Program-made: the position numbers and the translations under genes | From: Octopus bimaculoides | Taxonomy: Eukaryota | Direction: 5' to 3' | DNA: 52,112 bases | Assembly: GCF_001194135.2 (NCBI RefSeq) | Contig: NC_068985.1 | Coordinates: 5,799,713 to 5,851,824, forward strand | In this document: positions 39,440 through 50,850 of the stretch, piece after piece | Layout: the number at the start of each line of letters is the position of its first letter | Position numbering within the stretch: position 1 is the stretch's first letter | Notes under the pieces: model-generated | The model's database searches: none | The model's input: the letters and a program-made list of their open reading frames with translations, nothing else | What the model was told of the DNA's origin: nothing

Positions 39440-39592
39440 TGAATTGTTATAACTCCGGACAAGATGTTTGACAGCTCTAAATTCAAATTCTGCCGAAGTC
39501 GACGAAATGTATACCAGTTGAACCCTGGGGTCCATGTCACCCACTTGCTCCCCACCTCATAACTGCTGTCCTTGTGCCGAAATGTGAAACCA
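39440..39592 (+). mobile_element. SINE family B, internally deleted and diverged
   Basis: 'ttcaaattctgccgaagtcgac...ctggggtc...gtccttgtgccgaaatgtgaaacc'. Confidence 0.65.
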
Positions 39593-40757
39593 ATGATGCT
39601 ATTTTTGCTAATATTAAAGGTAAGGCTAGTATTCTGGGAACGACAAGATGAACGTACATCGATGGTTTACCTGGCTTCGAGTTCTCAAGTTGAACTTTAT
39701 GAATATTTAATTTCTTACATTGGCAAAGGGCCACATATTTGTAGGAAGGAAGTACACAAATATAAGCTCTTGGTTGAAGCCTAGCAGCTACATGTAGTTC
39801 AAATATTCAATGAATATTTTCTGTCTCTATAAATATTTGTCAGCCTTGAGGTAAATTTCTTTTTACATCAATAATATTCTGAAACCTTTCCTCTGAGTTA
39901 GTCTAACATGAATTTATTGATCGCAAAAAGTCATATTACTAATAAATTACCAGAACAAAAGCCTATCTGACTATATATTTCATAAGAGCTCTATACATAC
40001 AATACCAAGTCAAAAAACAAACGCTGTCGCTGGCGAAGCATAACAAAATGAAATATATTTCTATCGACAAACATTAGATTTGTATATATAAAATCTGAAT
40101 GATTTCTATCATAAAAACACAAGATAACTGATTAGACCAATATAGAGAAGAGAGAAATTTTAATAATTTCAATTTCTGTCAATTAATCAAGCACGTAAAC
40201 GCATATATNNNNNNNNNNNNNNNNNNNNNNNNNNNNNNNNNNNNNNNNNNNNNNNNNNNNNNNNNNNNNNNNNNNNNNNNNNNNNNNNNNNNNNNNNNNN
40301 NNNNNNNNNNNNNNNNNNNNNNNNNNNNNNNNNNNNNNNNNNNNNNNNNNNNNNNNNNNNNNNNNNNNNNNNNNNNNNNNNNNNNNNNNNNNNNNNNNNN
40401 NNNNNNNNNNNNNNNNNNNNNNNNNNNNNNNNNNNNNNNNNNNNNNNNNNNNNNNNNNNNNNNNNNNNNNNNNNNNNNNNNNNNNNNNNNNNNNNNNNNN
40501 NNNNNNNNNNNNNNNNNNNNNNNNNNNNNNNNNNNNNNNNNNNNNNNNNNNNNNNNNNNNNNNNNNNNNNNNNNNNNNNNNNNNNNNNNNNNNNNNNNNN
40601 NNNNNNNNNNNNNNNNNNNNNNNNNNNNNNNNNNNNNNNNNNNNNNNNNNNNNNNNNNNNNNNNNNNNNNNNNNNNNNNNNNNNNNNNNNNNNNNNNNNN
40701 NNNNNNNNNNNNNNNNNNNNNNNNNNNNNNNNNNNNNNNNNNNNNNNNNNNNNNNTA

Positions 40758-40793
<36 letters not shown>

Positions 40794-40986
40794 ATTCTTT
40801 GACAATAATACTGTTGTCAGTGACTTCGAAGGGTCGATCTGATTAGCCTTCAGGCTACGGTATATTTCATTTCATATTGGTTGTAATTTAATATTTTCCA
40901 AGGTTAGTAGAGACCTTACTGACTTTCATCCAACACATCTACGAACCTTGCAAAATAAATACAAGTACATACTGTTTGCATATTTA

Positions 40987-40988
<2 letters not shown>

Positions 40989-41046
<58 letters not shown>
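40989..41046. repeat. (CA)n microsatellite
   Basis: Directly visible. Confidence 0.95.
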
Positions 41047-41051
<5 letters not shown>

Positions 41052-41399
41052 ACGGATTAGATCCAGATTTTCTCAGTATAGAAGACACTTCAAAGTGCTC
41101 AAAATATTCAAACTTATACTCCAATGTCTTTACAGGGGATCGAATACACAAGGTAAAGAATGGCTATAACAGGGATCGATTTGAGCGGATAGTGGGGCAA
41201 TTATGAAGATAAACAAATTAGATAAATTAATTATATTAATTATATCAAATAGATTAAATATAGTACTTTAGGTATGAAATACAAAATATGTATAAATGTA
41301 TACACGCAAAACGAGAGAAAGTAGAACTCGGAGACTTTCAGATAATGAAGTTTTAAGTATAAATATTTGAGAAAGGTAGTGTCTAGTTCAGTAGCAAAG

Positions 41400-42490
41400 G
41401 GAGATTGCTAAAGTATGTAGAAAGGTATCAGAAAAATTATAAGGAGGTGCAGAGAGTGGGGGTGAGTTAGTGGTTAAGAGAGCACTGGTTAGTAGAATAA
41501 TGAATGAGGGTTTGATACTGGAGGGGAAGTACTGAATTATACAGAAATGTATGAAATTGAATACAAGAAGGGAGAGGTTGGTAAGTTAGTGCTTAATTGA
41601 GTGGGGTAGTATTAAGTACTTTTTGGCTGAAGACGAGAAATGAGAGAAAGGAATGAGTACCACTTGTGAGGATGAAGAGGCTATGAGAGAGGTGGGATGT
41701 GGTGGATTAAAGAAGCGGGGTATTGAGGTAGTAAGTTGCTAGGCTGACCGTGTCGTACGTCACGGTTAATTTTAATCAGGGATAATTATAGTTATGGGAT
41801 TACATAAACTTAATAAAATGGGCAAATGATGAGTAGATCCTGTGTTTACAAGACAGTATTACATGTGAGAATCTATTAAGTAATAAAAGGTTGTGGTGGA
41901 GAAGGGTAGTTAGCGATTCCATTAAACATAATTTACAAAGATCAATGTTTGCATTGTGTGGTGGAGTCGCACTTACGATAGCCCAGGATAGAGTGTAGGG
42001 AATATTTTGAGATTTGAGTTTGTGTATTTAAGATGCGAAGAAGGCAGATAATTTAGAATTTGGATAGGAGAAAAATTTCATATGTGCACTGTAGCCGCAC
42101 TTGAAATGAACAATACCACCGATATAAACCCTTGCTTGGTGGGAGTCTGGGGTCATAACTCGGCACTTGTAGACCACATCTTTACGCAAACAGAAACCAT
42201 CAAAAGAACAGAGTTGGGATACCCAACAATTGCCGTTTTCCTACCTGCTTTGCGATTGGAGTTTACTGATGGGCAGATCAAGTTCCTTGGTTGGCTATTC
42301 GTAAAGAAGAACTGGAAATATAATCGATATCATCATTCGACTGGTAGGAGCTCTCACGGCTACTCTGTTCTCACCTGGAGAGTATTATGGGAAAATGCCA
42401 TCCATCTGTTATTATTTAATTGAGTGAGGTTACTCTTTCCCCGATCCAAATTCTAATATATTTGATGTATCTAATTTGCTTATCCGCGTA
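41400..42490 (-). mobile_element. Penelope-like element remnant: GIY-YIG endonuclease C-terminus (about 41805-42490) plus 3' UTR
   Basis: My minus-strand translation (absent from the ORF track, no ATG): NGNCWVSQLCSFDGFCLRKDVVYKCRV...ARVYIGG..HFKCGYSAH, then LKSQNIPYTLSWAIV...CKLCLMES...LLNR...SCKH. This matches the PLE pattern CNC..CPL.G.CL..VVY...YIG...FK.RY..H / LK..I.Y.I.W.I...C.LCL.E...LN.R...CRH. Confidence 0.85.
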
Positions 42491-42494
42491 ATTG

Positions 42495-42527
<33 letters not shown>

Positions 42528-43031
42528 NNNNNNNNNNNNNNNNNNNNNNNNNNNNNNNNNNNNNNNNNNNNNNNNNNNNNNNNNNNNNNNNNNNNNNNNN
42601 NNNNNNNNNNNNNNNNNNNNNNNNNNNNNNNNNNNNNNNNNNNNNNNNNNNNNNNNNNNNNNNNNNNNNNNNNNNNNNNNNNNNNNNNNNNNNNNNNNNN
42701 NNNNNNNNNNNNNNNNNNNNNNNNNNNNNNNNNNNNNNNNNNNNNNNNNNNNNNNNNNNNNNNNNNNNNNNNNNNNNNNNNNNNNNNNNNNNNNNNNNNN
42801 NNNNNNNNNNNNNNNNNNNNNNNNNNNNNNNNNNNNNNNNNNNNNNNNNNNNNNNNNNNNNNNNNNNNNNNNNNNNNNNNNNNNNNNNNNNNNNNNNNNN
42901 NNNNNNNNNNNNNNNNNNNTATATAGTATTTGTTTTTACATGACCGAACGCCAGCGTCACCAATGTTGTAAGTAGTTATTTAAACTTTATATTGTCTGAC
43001 GCGACTCTGTCTCTTTTTCTATCACTTTCCC

Positions 43032-43165
43032 CCCCTCTCGTTCTTCCTCTGTTACTACTACGTATCTCTCTTTACCCCTCTCGGTCTTCCTTCTGTTACT
43101 ACTATATCTCTCTCTTTTCCCCCCTCGTACTTTCTTCTGTTACTACTATATTCCTCTCTTCCTCT
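43032..43165. repeat. Pyrimidine-rich minisatellite, 3 units of about 44 bp
   Basis: Core 'tctgttactacta' recurs three times at about 44 bp spacing. Confidence 0.75.
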
Positions 43166-44001
43166 CTTTCTCTCATTGCTCACTTATTCTTCTACTTCCT
43201 CCCTTTGTTTCTCCCTCTACCACTCTCTCTCTCGCCCTTACCCCTGCATGGTAACATGGTTCCGGTCACTAATCCTTTTCTTCCTTGGCTATCGCCGAGC
43301 AAACACGCGGACTTACTTCCTCCCCACTTTCTAGTTCGTGCCTCACAGCATTCATATACACATAATTTTTCACGTCTGGCCGCATAGCCTTTTCCGTTTG
43401 TTTTCATGTCTTGTTTTTTGTCCGCCTCTACATTCCACCATGGCACAGGTTTAATTTGTGTATACAAATTTAATTTGCGGTCCATGGGAAGAGCCGTTTT
43501 AACGATGCGTCCTGCCCAACTCTTCGAAACGCCGGTGTTAAAACGGGGGTAGCTGATGAAGGAAAATGTTCTCTATGTGGCTTGTGTGTTTTCTGTACTC
43601 TGGTTATTATTATTTTCTTGTCTACGTTTTGTTTGCAATGTCCTGTACCCGGATATGCACCTATATATATACAGGTAGACGTAGGTATGCACATACCTGT
43701 ACGNNNNNNNNNNNNNNNNNNNNNNNNNNNNNNNNNNNNNNNNNNNNNNNNNNNNNNNNNNNNNNNNNNNNNNNNNNNNNNNNNNNNNNNNNNNNNNNNN
43801 NNNNNNNNNNNNNNNNNNNNNNNNNNNNNNNNNNNNNNNNNNNNNNNNNNNNNNNNNNNNNNNNNNNNNNNNNNNNNNNNNNNNNNNNNNNNNNNNNNNN
43901 NNNNNNNNNNNNNNNNNNNNNNNNNNNNNNNNNTATATATATATATATATATTGCATACAATATGTCTTTATATGCATACACACATGCATGTATATATAC
44001 A

Positions 44002-45127
44002 CATGAGGGTAGGCTGAAAAGCTCATAGGTTGACTGTCAATGTGTGATGCTTGAGCTGTGAAATCGTGAATGGATTAATTTCAACCCTTCGTATTAATAT
44101 CTTCATTGCTTCTGTCCAGAAAAAAATATCTGACTGTTCAAAGGAAACTTCAAATGTAACTAGAAGCGTCGTGTCTTGAAAACGGACAAAACTTGGCGTC
44201 GTGGTGTTATCATACACCTGCAGGAAAAGGATTCAGCTCAATGACGTTCGAGCTGAGATGGCCGCTACATTAGGGGATGACGCCCTTGCTTTATCGACAG
44301 TGCAAAAGTGGGCAAGTGAATTTAAGAGGAGAAGGGAGAGTCTCGAATATTATACATCTGCCATCACCGAGGAAATCATTGGTGTTCACCACATGGTGAA
44401 GGATAACAGGTGATTGATATAAATGAAATAGCCAATGCTATGAGCATATTCCGTCTTCTGACACTTGACAAAAAGCGCACTGGCATGATCACATCACAGA
44501 AAAATCTGAACATTGCTCGAAGCAGCTCCAGCTGGTTTCCTTGTACGTTTCCTAACCCAGGATGAATGTTGTATTTGTCACTTTGAGCCAGAGGGAAAGA
44601 GACGATCAATGCAGTGGAAACACTCCTCTTAACTTGCTCCAAAGAAGGCCAAACTCGTTGTATCTGCAGGGAGGATGATGACCTCAGTTCTAGGAGATGA
44701 AAAAGGCATTGGGCTTATTGAGTATCTTCAAAAGGGGCACACCACCAATAGAGGGTACTACGTCAACTTGCTGATGCATTTCCGAAAGGCTATCAAGACC
44801 AAACGTCCCAGAAAACTGAAAGGGGTCTTGTTTCACGAGGACAATATTTCAGCACACAAGTCCTTCGTTTTAATGGCAACTGTGACTGTAGCTTTGAACT
44901 AGTTGCTCAGCCTCCTTACTCTCCTGATTTGGCCTCATCTGAATATCATCCATTCAACAACATGCAAACTTGACTGGGAGCCAGTATCGCAGTCAACATG
45001 ACGTCACATCTGCTGTTGAGGACATTTTTGACGAACAAGATGATAGCCTCTTCACCAATGGAATTAAGGCACTGGAACATTGATGGGGAATATGTCGGAA
45101 AATAAACATCACTTGATCACATTCCAT
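44002..45127 (+). mobile_element. Degraded mariner (DD34D) transposon; 5' TIR present, 3' TIR missing
   Basis: TLGDDALALSTVQKWASEFKR (HTH), FEPEGKRRSMQWKH, PKKAK..SAGRMMTSV, LFHEDN and QPPYSPDLASSEY. 5' end catgagggtaggctgaaaagctcatagg. Confidence 0.9.
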
Positions 45128-45567
45128 GTGTGTGTGTGTGTGTCTATCAGCGTGTGTCCTACTGTACATGCATACATACACGTATATAAAGATATATAGC
45201 CTGGATATCCCTATATAACGTGAAATGTGTACTTATACGAAATATTCCCTTTCTCTCCCTCTCACACACACGCATACATACACATATATGTACATATCTT
45301 CGTCTGTGTCCCTTCAGAACATTGTGGACATACTCGGGGCAAGTCCGTCTTTTATGAAAGCAAAAAAAAAAAAACTTAAAATACAATCGATTCTAGTAAA
45401 TGTTGCATCCTGTAAATCAGAGGTAAATTCCTGTTGTGTCTTCTTTTTCTCACAGAAAAGAATGGAGCAATCAAGACCCAATTGGAAGCGCATCGTGACC
45501 AGCGGTGTATAACATCTTATGACCTAGTCGATATTGTGCTACTGTGATAGATATAAATATCACACAC

Positions 45568-45604
<37 letters not shown>

Positions 45605-46449
45605 CGTGTGTGTGTATGTGTGAGAATTACATAAACAGAATTTAATTTCAGGCAAGGAGAAACAAAAAAAAAAATGGAGTATTAGGCATCAGACCAGCAA
45701 ATGTATGAACCTACAAAACGTAGAAATATAAAATGAAAATATAAAGAACAAGGAAGTATGGAAGGAGTTCCACAGACAGTAGAAGAATAAATAAATAAAT
45801 AAATAAATAAATAAAAATGGAAGCCTCTAACTTCTCAATTGATACTTTTAATAAGAAGACAAGAAAATAATTGACATGCAAGAGAAACAGATATAATACA
45901 AAATAAGATGTCTGTTCCGCGAAAAGATGTCAAAGTAACAGTGTATGGCTCTTAGTCTAGCTTGTTACTTCAACGGAATTGAAGAGTTTCTGCAAATATA
46001 GCATTCGGACAATATTTGCTGTCTCGTTAGTTGCTTAATAATATCTTGTGAAACAATGTCAACAAATGTAAATCGATATCCTGTTAAATATTCAAAGCTC
46101 TGTGATATTTGCCAACGTAAAACTACATTAATTCATTTGTTTTAAATATTAATATAGAGAAGCAGGTTATGTCAATTGGCAGACTCGTTACTCCGTCGGA
46201 TTAAATACAGATTGCTGTTTCAGCCGTTTAGCTTATCTTCTTTTTTTTTTTTACTTGCTTCAATCACGGCTGTACGAGCCGGCCAGAAAGGACTTAACAT
46301 TTCAAATTGACTGCTGGATTTATTTTAAATGGGGTTCATATTGCTGTTAAGTTACGGCGGACCGAAATAAACCAACAGCGGTTGTTAACAGACAAGAAAA
46401 AAATACAACTTCGTATATGCACGCATTTATACTTCCGTATACTCGTTAC

Positions 46450-46626
46450 ACTTTTAATGGTTTCAGTCATTTGACTGCGGCCATGCTGCAGCACCACCTT
46501 TAATCAAACTGATCGACCACTGGACTTATTATTTGCAAGCCTAGTACATATTCTATCGGTCTGTTTTGCGAAACCGCTAGGTTTCGGTTGTCAAGCGATG
46601 GTGGGTGACAAACACACATACACAAA

Positions 46627-46659
<33 letters not shown>

Positions 46660-46800
46660 CTATGTATATACAATTTCCGTCTACCAAATCCATTCACAAG
46701 GCTTTGGTCGGCTCGAGGCTATAGTAGAAACTTGCCCAAGGTGCCATGCAGTGGGACTGAACCCGGTACCATGTGGTTTGAAAGCAAGCTTCTTACCACA
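46450..46800 (-). mobile_element. SINE family A, nearly full length
   Basis: 'cagtcatttgactgcggccatgctg...ccgtctaccaaatcc...cttgcccaaggtgccatgcagtgggactgaacccgg'. Confidence 0.92.
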
Positions 46801-47311
46801 CATGTATATCGATATTTGTATGTGTGTGTGTATGTGTGTGTGTGTGTGTGTACGTACGGGTTTCTCGGTTTCCCTTTAAAGCTTCCATTCATAGGAGTTT
46901 TTTTCAAGCCGAGGTGATGGTGGAAGACGCTTAATGGAACTGAAAACAAAGCTTCTTCGTAATGTTTCAGCCATGCCTGAATTTTGATTTCAATTTCCTG
47001 CAGAGTTCGATCTCACTCTTCCACCATAGAGAGGCGATAAAATGAAGTCGCAGTAAAGTATCAACACGTATTTAAATAACTATTCACAGTTATAAAGTGT
47101 GTAGGATTTTACTAAGTTAAAAAACAGAACAGTATATGGTACTTAAGGCAATGCTTCTTGATCTAGATGTGTGATCGTAGGGTTTCCTGCTCTTTGGAAG
47201 GTGCATGAAGTATTTCACTGATTCAAACTGGTATCAAACCACAAATAACAACGTTTAATATTAGTTTCAACAGTTCTGCCAGATCGGAGCTTAGGCAAGA
47301 TTTAATATTGA

Positions 47312-47495
47312 TTTTAAATTTTAGCACAATTTCGGGGGAAGGGAGAAGTCGGTTTCTTTGACTCCAGTGTTCAACTGGTACTTATTTTATCGACCCCGAA
47401 ATGATGAATGGTAAAATCTACCTCGGCGAGATTTGAACGGAAAGACGCTAAACATCTTGCCCGCTGTGCTAAGGATTTTGCCGACTCGGCGCCTA
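47312..47495 (-). mobile_element. SINE family B
   Basis: 'ttttagcacaatttcggggg...actggtacttattttatcgaccccgaa...ctcggcgagatttgaac'. Confidence 0.82.
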
Positions 47496-47529
47496 GATTT
47501 TGAAATTAATATTAAATCTTTCATATTGG

Positions 47530-47738
47530 TTTCAAATTTTGGCACAATGCCAGCAATGTCAGGAGAGTAGATAGGTAGCTGGCATCGATCCCAATGTCCA
47601 GCTGGTACCTATTTTAACGACCCCTGATAAGGCGAAAGTCATATTCGGCCTCGGCAGAACGTGAAATCAAAATGTAGAGACGGACGATATGACGCAATGC
47701 ATATTATCCGGCATGCTAACGGTTCTGCCAGCTCGCCG
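47530..47738 (-). mobile_element. SINE family B
   Basis: 'ttttggcacaatgccagc...atcgatcccaatg...ccggcatgctaacggttctgccagctcgccg'. Confidence 0.82.
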
Positions 47739-47756
47739 ATTTACAAGATTTAATAC

Positions 47757-47955
47757 TAATACAGTTCTACATTTAAGAGATGAATTATGTACATTATTTA
47801 CATTCAACTGATATTTGTCCTCATCTTGGTTGTTAACACAACGTTTCGGCTGATATGCCCTCCAGCCTTCATCAGGTGTCTTGGGGAAATTTCGAACATG
47901 GGTTCTCATTCCTAAGGTAGTTTTCGAAGTTATTATTATTCAGGTCACTGCCTGG
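47757..47955 (-). mobile_element. Hammerhead-bearing short repeat, copy 2 (intact ribozyme)
   Basis: Collinear with 3757-3925 over about 170 bp. Confidence 0.88.
47835..47880 (-). ncRNA. Minimal type I hammerhead ribozyme (Penelope-type)
   Basis: Minus strand: GACAC-CUGAUGA-A-GGCUG(gagggcauau)CAGCC-GAAAC-GUU|GUGUU. Stem I GACAC/GUGUU, stem II 5 bp, loopless palindromic stem III (AACGUU). Predicted cut between 47840 and 47839. Confidence 0.75.
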
Positions 47956-48060
47956 ATGATGGCTGGAGTGTATATCAGACGAAACTTTGTGTTAACAAAA
48001 AACAAGATGAGGACAAATATCCGTCAAATGTAAATAATATAAATAATGTAAATAATGTTC
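47951..48060 (+). mobile_element. Hammerhead-bearing short repeat, copy 3 (truncated, mutated core), inverted relative to copy 2
   Basis: 'cctggatgatggctggagtgtatatcagacgaaactttgtgttaac...gatgaggacaaatatccgtcaaatgtaaataat'. Confidence 0.85.
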
Positions 48061-48170
48061 AAAATAAAATGCTTGAAATAGCAGCAATAAAATAAGTAAA
48101 TCCAAGAAATAATTTTTCTAAACTCATTTATCTTTAGTGTGTTTGTTTAGGAAATTTATATCAGCATTAT

Positions 48171-48380
48171 ATGGAGGCGCGTGGCTTAGTGGTTAGGGTG
48201 TTGGATTTATGATAGTGGTTTCGATTCCTAGACAGGACGACGCGTTGTGTTCTTCATTTCACGTTGCTCCAGTCCATTCAGCTATCAAGAAGGAATAATC
48301 CTGCAACGGACCAGTATCCCGTCCACGTGGGGAATATATACGCCATTGAAATCGGGAAACCGGCTCTCAGGAGCCTGCCA
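48171..48380 (+). mobile_element. SINE family C-related copy with alternative 3' module
   Basis: Head atggaggcgcgtggcttagtggttagg and B-box gtttcgattcc; core 'catttcacgttgctccagtccattcagct'; then 'cctgcaacggaccagtatcccgtcc...gggaaaccgg'. Confidence 0.78.
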
Positions 48381-49822
48381 TAACCCGAGAAAGAAATATT
48401 AATTTTTCTGTTTATCAACTTTATAATTCGATAGTTTCACAATTTCAGTGCCACAAGCTTTCTTAATTACGGTTATAACCATGGTCCCAATTGATCTTTA
48501 ATTTATACTTTTGTATGTAACCTAGGTTTAGGAATGAACCTACCGATCCAGGAGTTTAATGGGGGGAAATGCACACGAACGCTTGACATAGAAATATAGA
48601 CACTGAGTTGTCTTGAAGTCTTGTTCCTGTATGTATCTAGCAAAGAAAAGATATTTGATAATGATTAGAAAGTGATCGTAATGAAAACGAATTATAGGTA
48701 AAATGCTTGCTAATATAATGTCTACATTGGTTCAATAGTGTTGAAAATGATAACGTGTGATTCAACTAAGATATTCAGTCATTCAAGCAGACTTCTCATA
48801 TTTTAGAATATAATTTTATCATGTTCTGTGTGGAACAATGATACAACAAGCACACTTGCTGAGGAATTTTAAACACAACAAAACGTATTGACATGCTGTA
48901 AATTATTTAGCTTGTCTAAGTAGATATTGAGAAGCGATTTTTGTAATAAACTCTGAGCATTCCTGAAAAAGAAAAAAAAATATAACAATCATAGAAATTA
49001 AAAGACATATTCCAAAAGACGATGCAATGATAATTACAATAATAGAACAAATTGTTAGAAGCATTTCACCGCCAGTTAAGAACAATATGGTAAGGCTGAT
49101 ATGTATAGTGAAACAGTTAAATGCAATCAACTTGTAATTACACTAGTAAATACCATTAAAAAAATCGAATGTAATGAAAATTACTGCAATTCAAGTTTGA
49201 TTACAAATACGTAATGTTACTTATTAATCAATCAGCATGAAAGAAATAAAACTATATTTAAAAGCACAAATAACCAACAAATTTCGTAGTAAATGTAATT
49301 TAAAGAAAATAAATGAATTACACCGTATAACCTAAGCAATTTCATAGCAATGATATATGAAATAAAAACTAGTTAATTCATAATTATCCAAATTTGAAAT
49401 CAACGAAACTGAAAAAAAAAAAACAAGAAAAAATCGCAAATCGAATTACGCATAAGGATTTCAAAAAGAAAAATGTTTTAGAATCTACTAAAAGTACATT
49501 ATTTCCTTAAATTAAAAAAAAAAATCAACTAAATCATGTTTAGAGATTATTCGAATTGAAATCCTTTGATCAGACAAAAGTCAAGGTTTTTAGGAATGGG
49601 TTAGAACCAATATAATACTTATAATACCGCTAGATGTTTGATTGAAAACACAAATAGGAGAAAACAAAGAAACATAATTTCTAGCTCCAGTTTATCAATA
49701 AACTTTGTCATGTTGTGTGGGAAAGACGTATAAGAGATCATAAACTTACCTGTATACTAATATAAAAGTACAAAAGAGAAAAAAAATGATTATTTGTTAA
49801 TTTGAATTCAGAAATTTAACAG

Positions 49823-49887
49823 GCTACAACTCGATGAACGTTCAGCAGATTAAATACAGGTTTGACAACGAAAACATTTCTAGCTTG
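49823..49887 (+). CDS. Candidate internal coding exon (65 bp), product unknown
   Basis: Acceptor ...aaatttaacAG| and donor TTG|GTGAGT; one open frame (x)YNSMNVQQIKYRFDNENISSL in non-repetitive sequence. I do not recognise the peptide. Confidence 0.4.
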
Positions 49888-50761
49888 GTGAGTTGCTCAA
49901 AGCAAGTCACATCCGCTTTAAAAGGAGGATCAACAGAAGATAATTGCGTTTAGCCGTGAATGAGGGTGTTATTATCAAACCTGAATGTTTTCGATCACAG
50001 CCCTGCTTTGTCAGGACGATCTTGGTGTTACACATTACCACTCTAATAACAAAAAAAAAAAAAAAGGGAAACACCCATGAAATACTGGCACGTCGGGTAA
50101 ACTCATAATATCGTTCTTCAACTATAATCCGTGGTTTTGGTGCTTGTATGTACAAAATGTTCTACACAGATGCCATCATTTGCAATGCATGATAACCAGC
50201 ACACTACAAACAACAGGTGACAGAGAAACGTTGATCTTTCATCTTGTCTGCTCTTTCGATGCTAACGCCGGACACATAGCTACCTCTATAACAATTCTAC
50301 TCAAGCTCGCCCAGATCACCGCTTTCCACTCTCTTTTATTTCTACCACATGTCACCACTCCAATTTTGCACTTTCTGGTTTACGAATGCATTCTTCCTCA
50401 TTAATCCCAAAGTCTAAAATACAAACAAACAAAAAAATATGGGATAAAAAGAATACCAACATGTTCTTGGACAATATTCTGGAAACGTCTTCTGCCGCGC
50501 GTTCTTCTTTCACATATCGAGAAGCAGAGTATAAGACATCTCTCTCTCAACAGTATATCGGATGTTCTGGAAAAGTCAGACTTTAAACTATAAAAATAAG
50601 ACCATCTTAAATCCACACTCTTTCAACTTTTCTGTGTGGAGACATAATGGCTGTCTAGTGCGTTGACTTGAATCGTTGGCTGTAGTAGTAGAAGTGACCG
50701 TGTTGGTAATGGTAAACTGGCGAGACCTTTGTCCGTGTAAGCAGCAGTAGTTAATTGGTTG

Positions 50762-50850
50762 GACACTTGCCCAAGGTGCCATACAGCGGGACTGAACCCG
50801 GAACCATGTGGTTCGTAAGCAAGCTACTTACCTCACAGCCACTTCTGCGC
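50762..50850 (-). mobile_element. SINE family A head, well preserved
   Basis: Minus strand: gcgcagaagtggctgtgaggtaagtagcttgcttacgaaccacatggttccgggttcagtcccgctgtatggcaccttgggcaagtgtc (A-box, B-box-like element and core). Confidence 0.88.

Noticed and set aside
40825-40860. Minus-strand CCTGAAGG...TTCGAAG, resembling a hammerhead
   Set aside because: It lacks both CUGANGA and GAAA, and no stems close.
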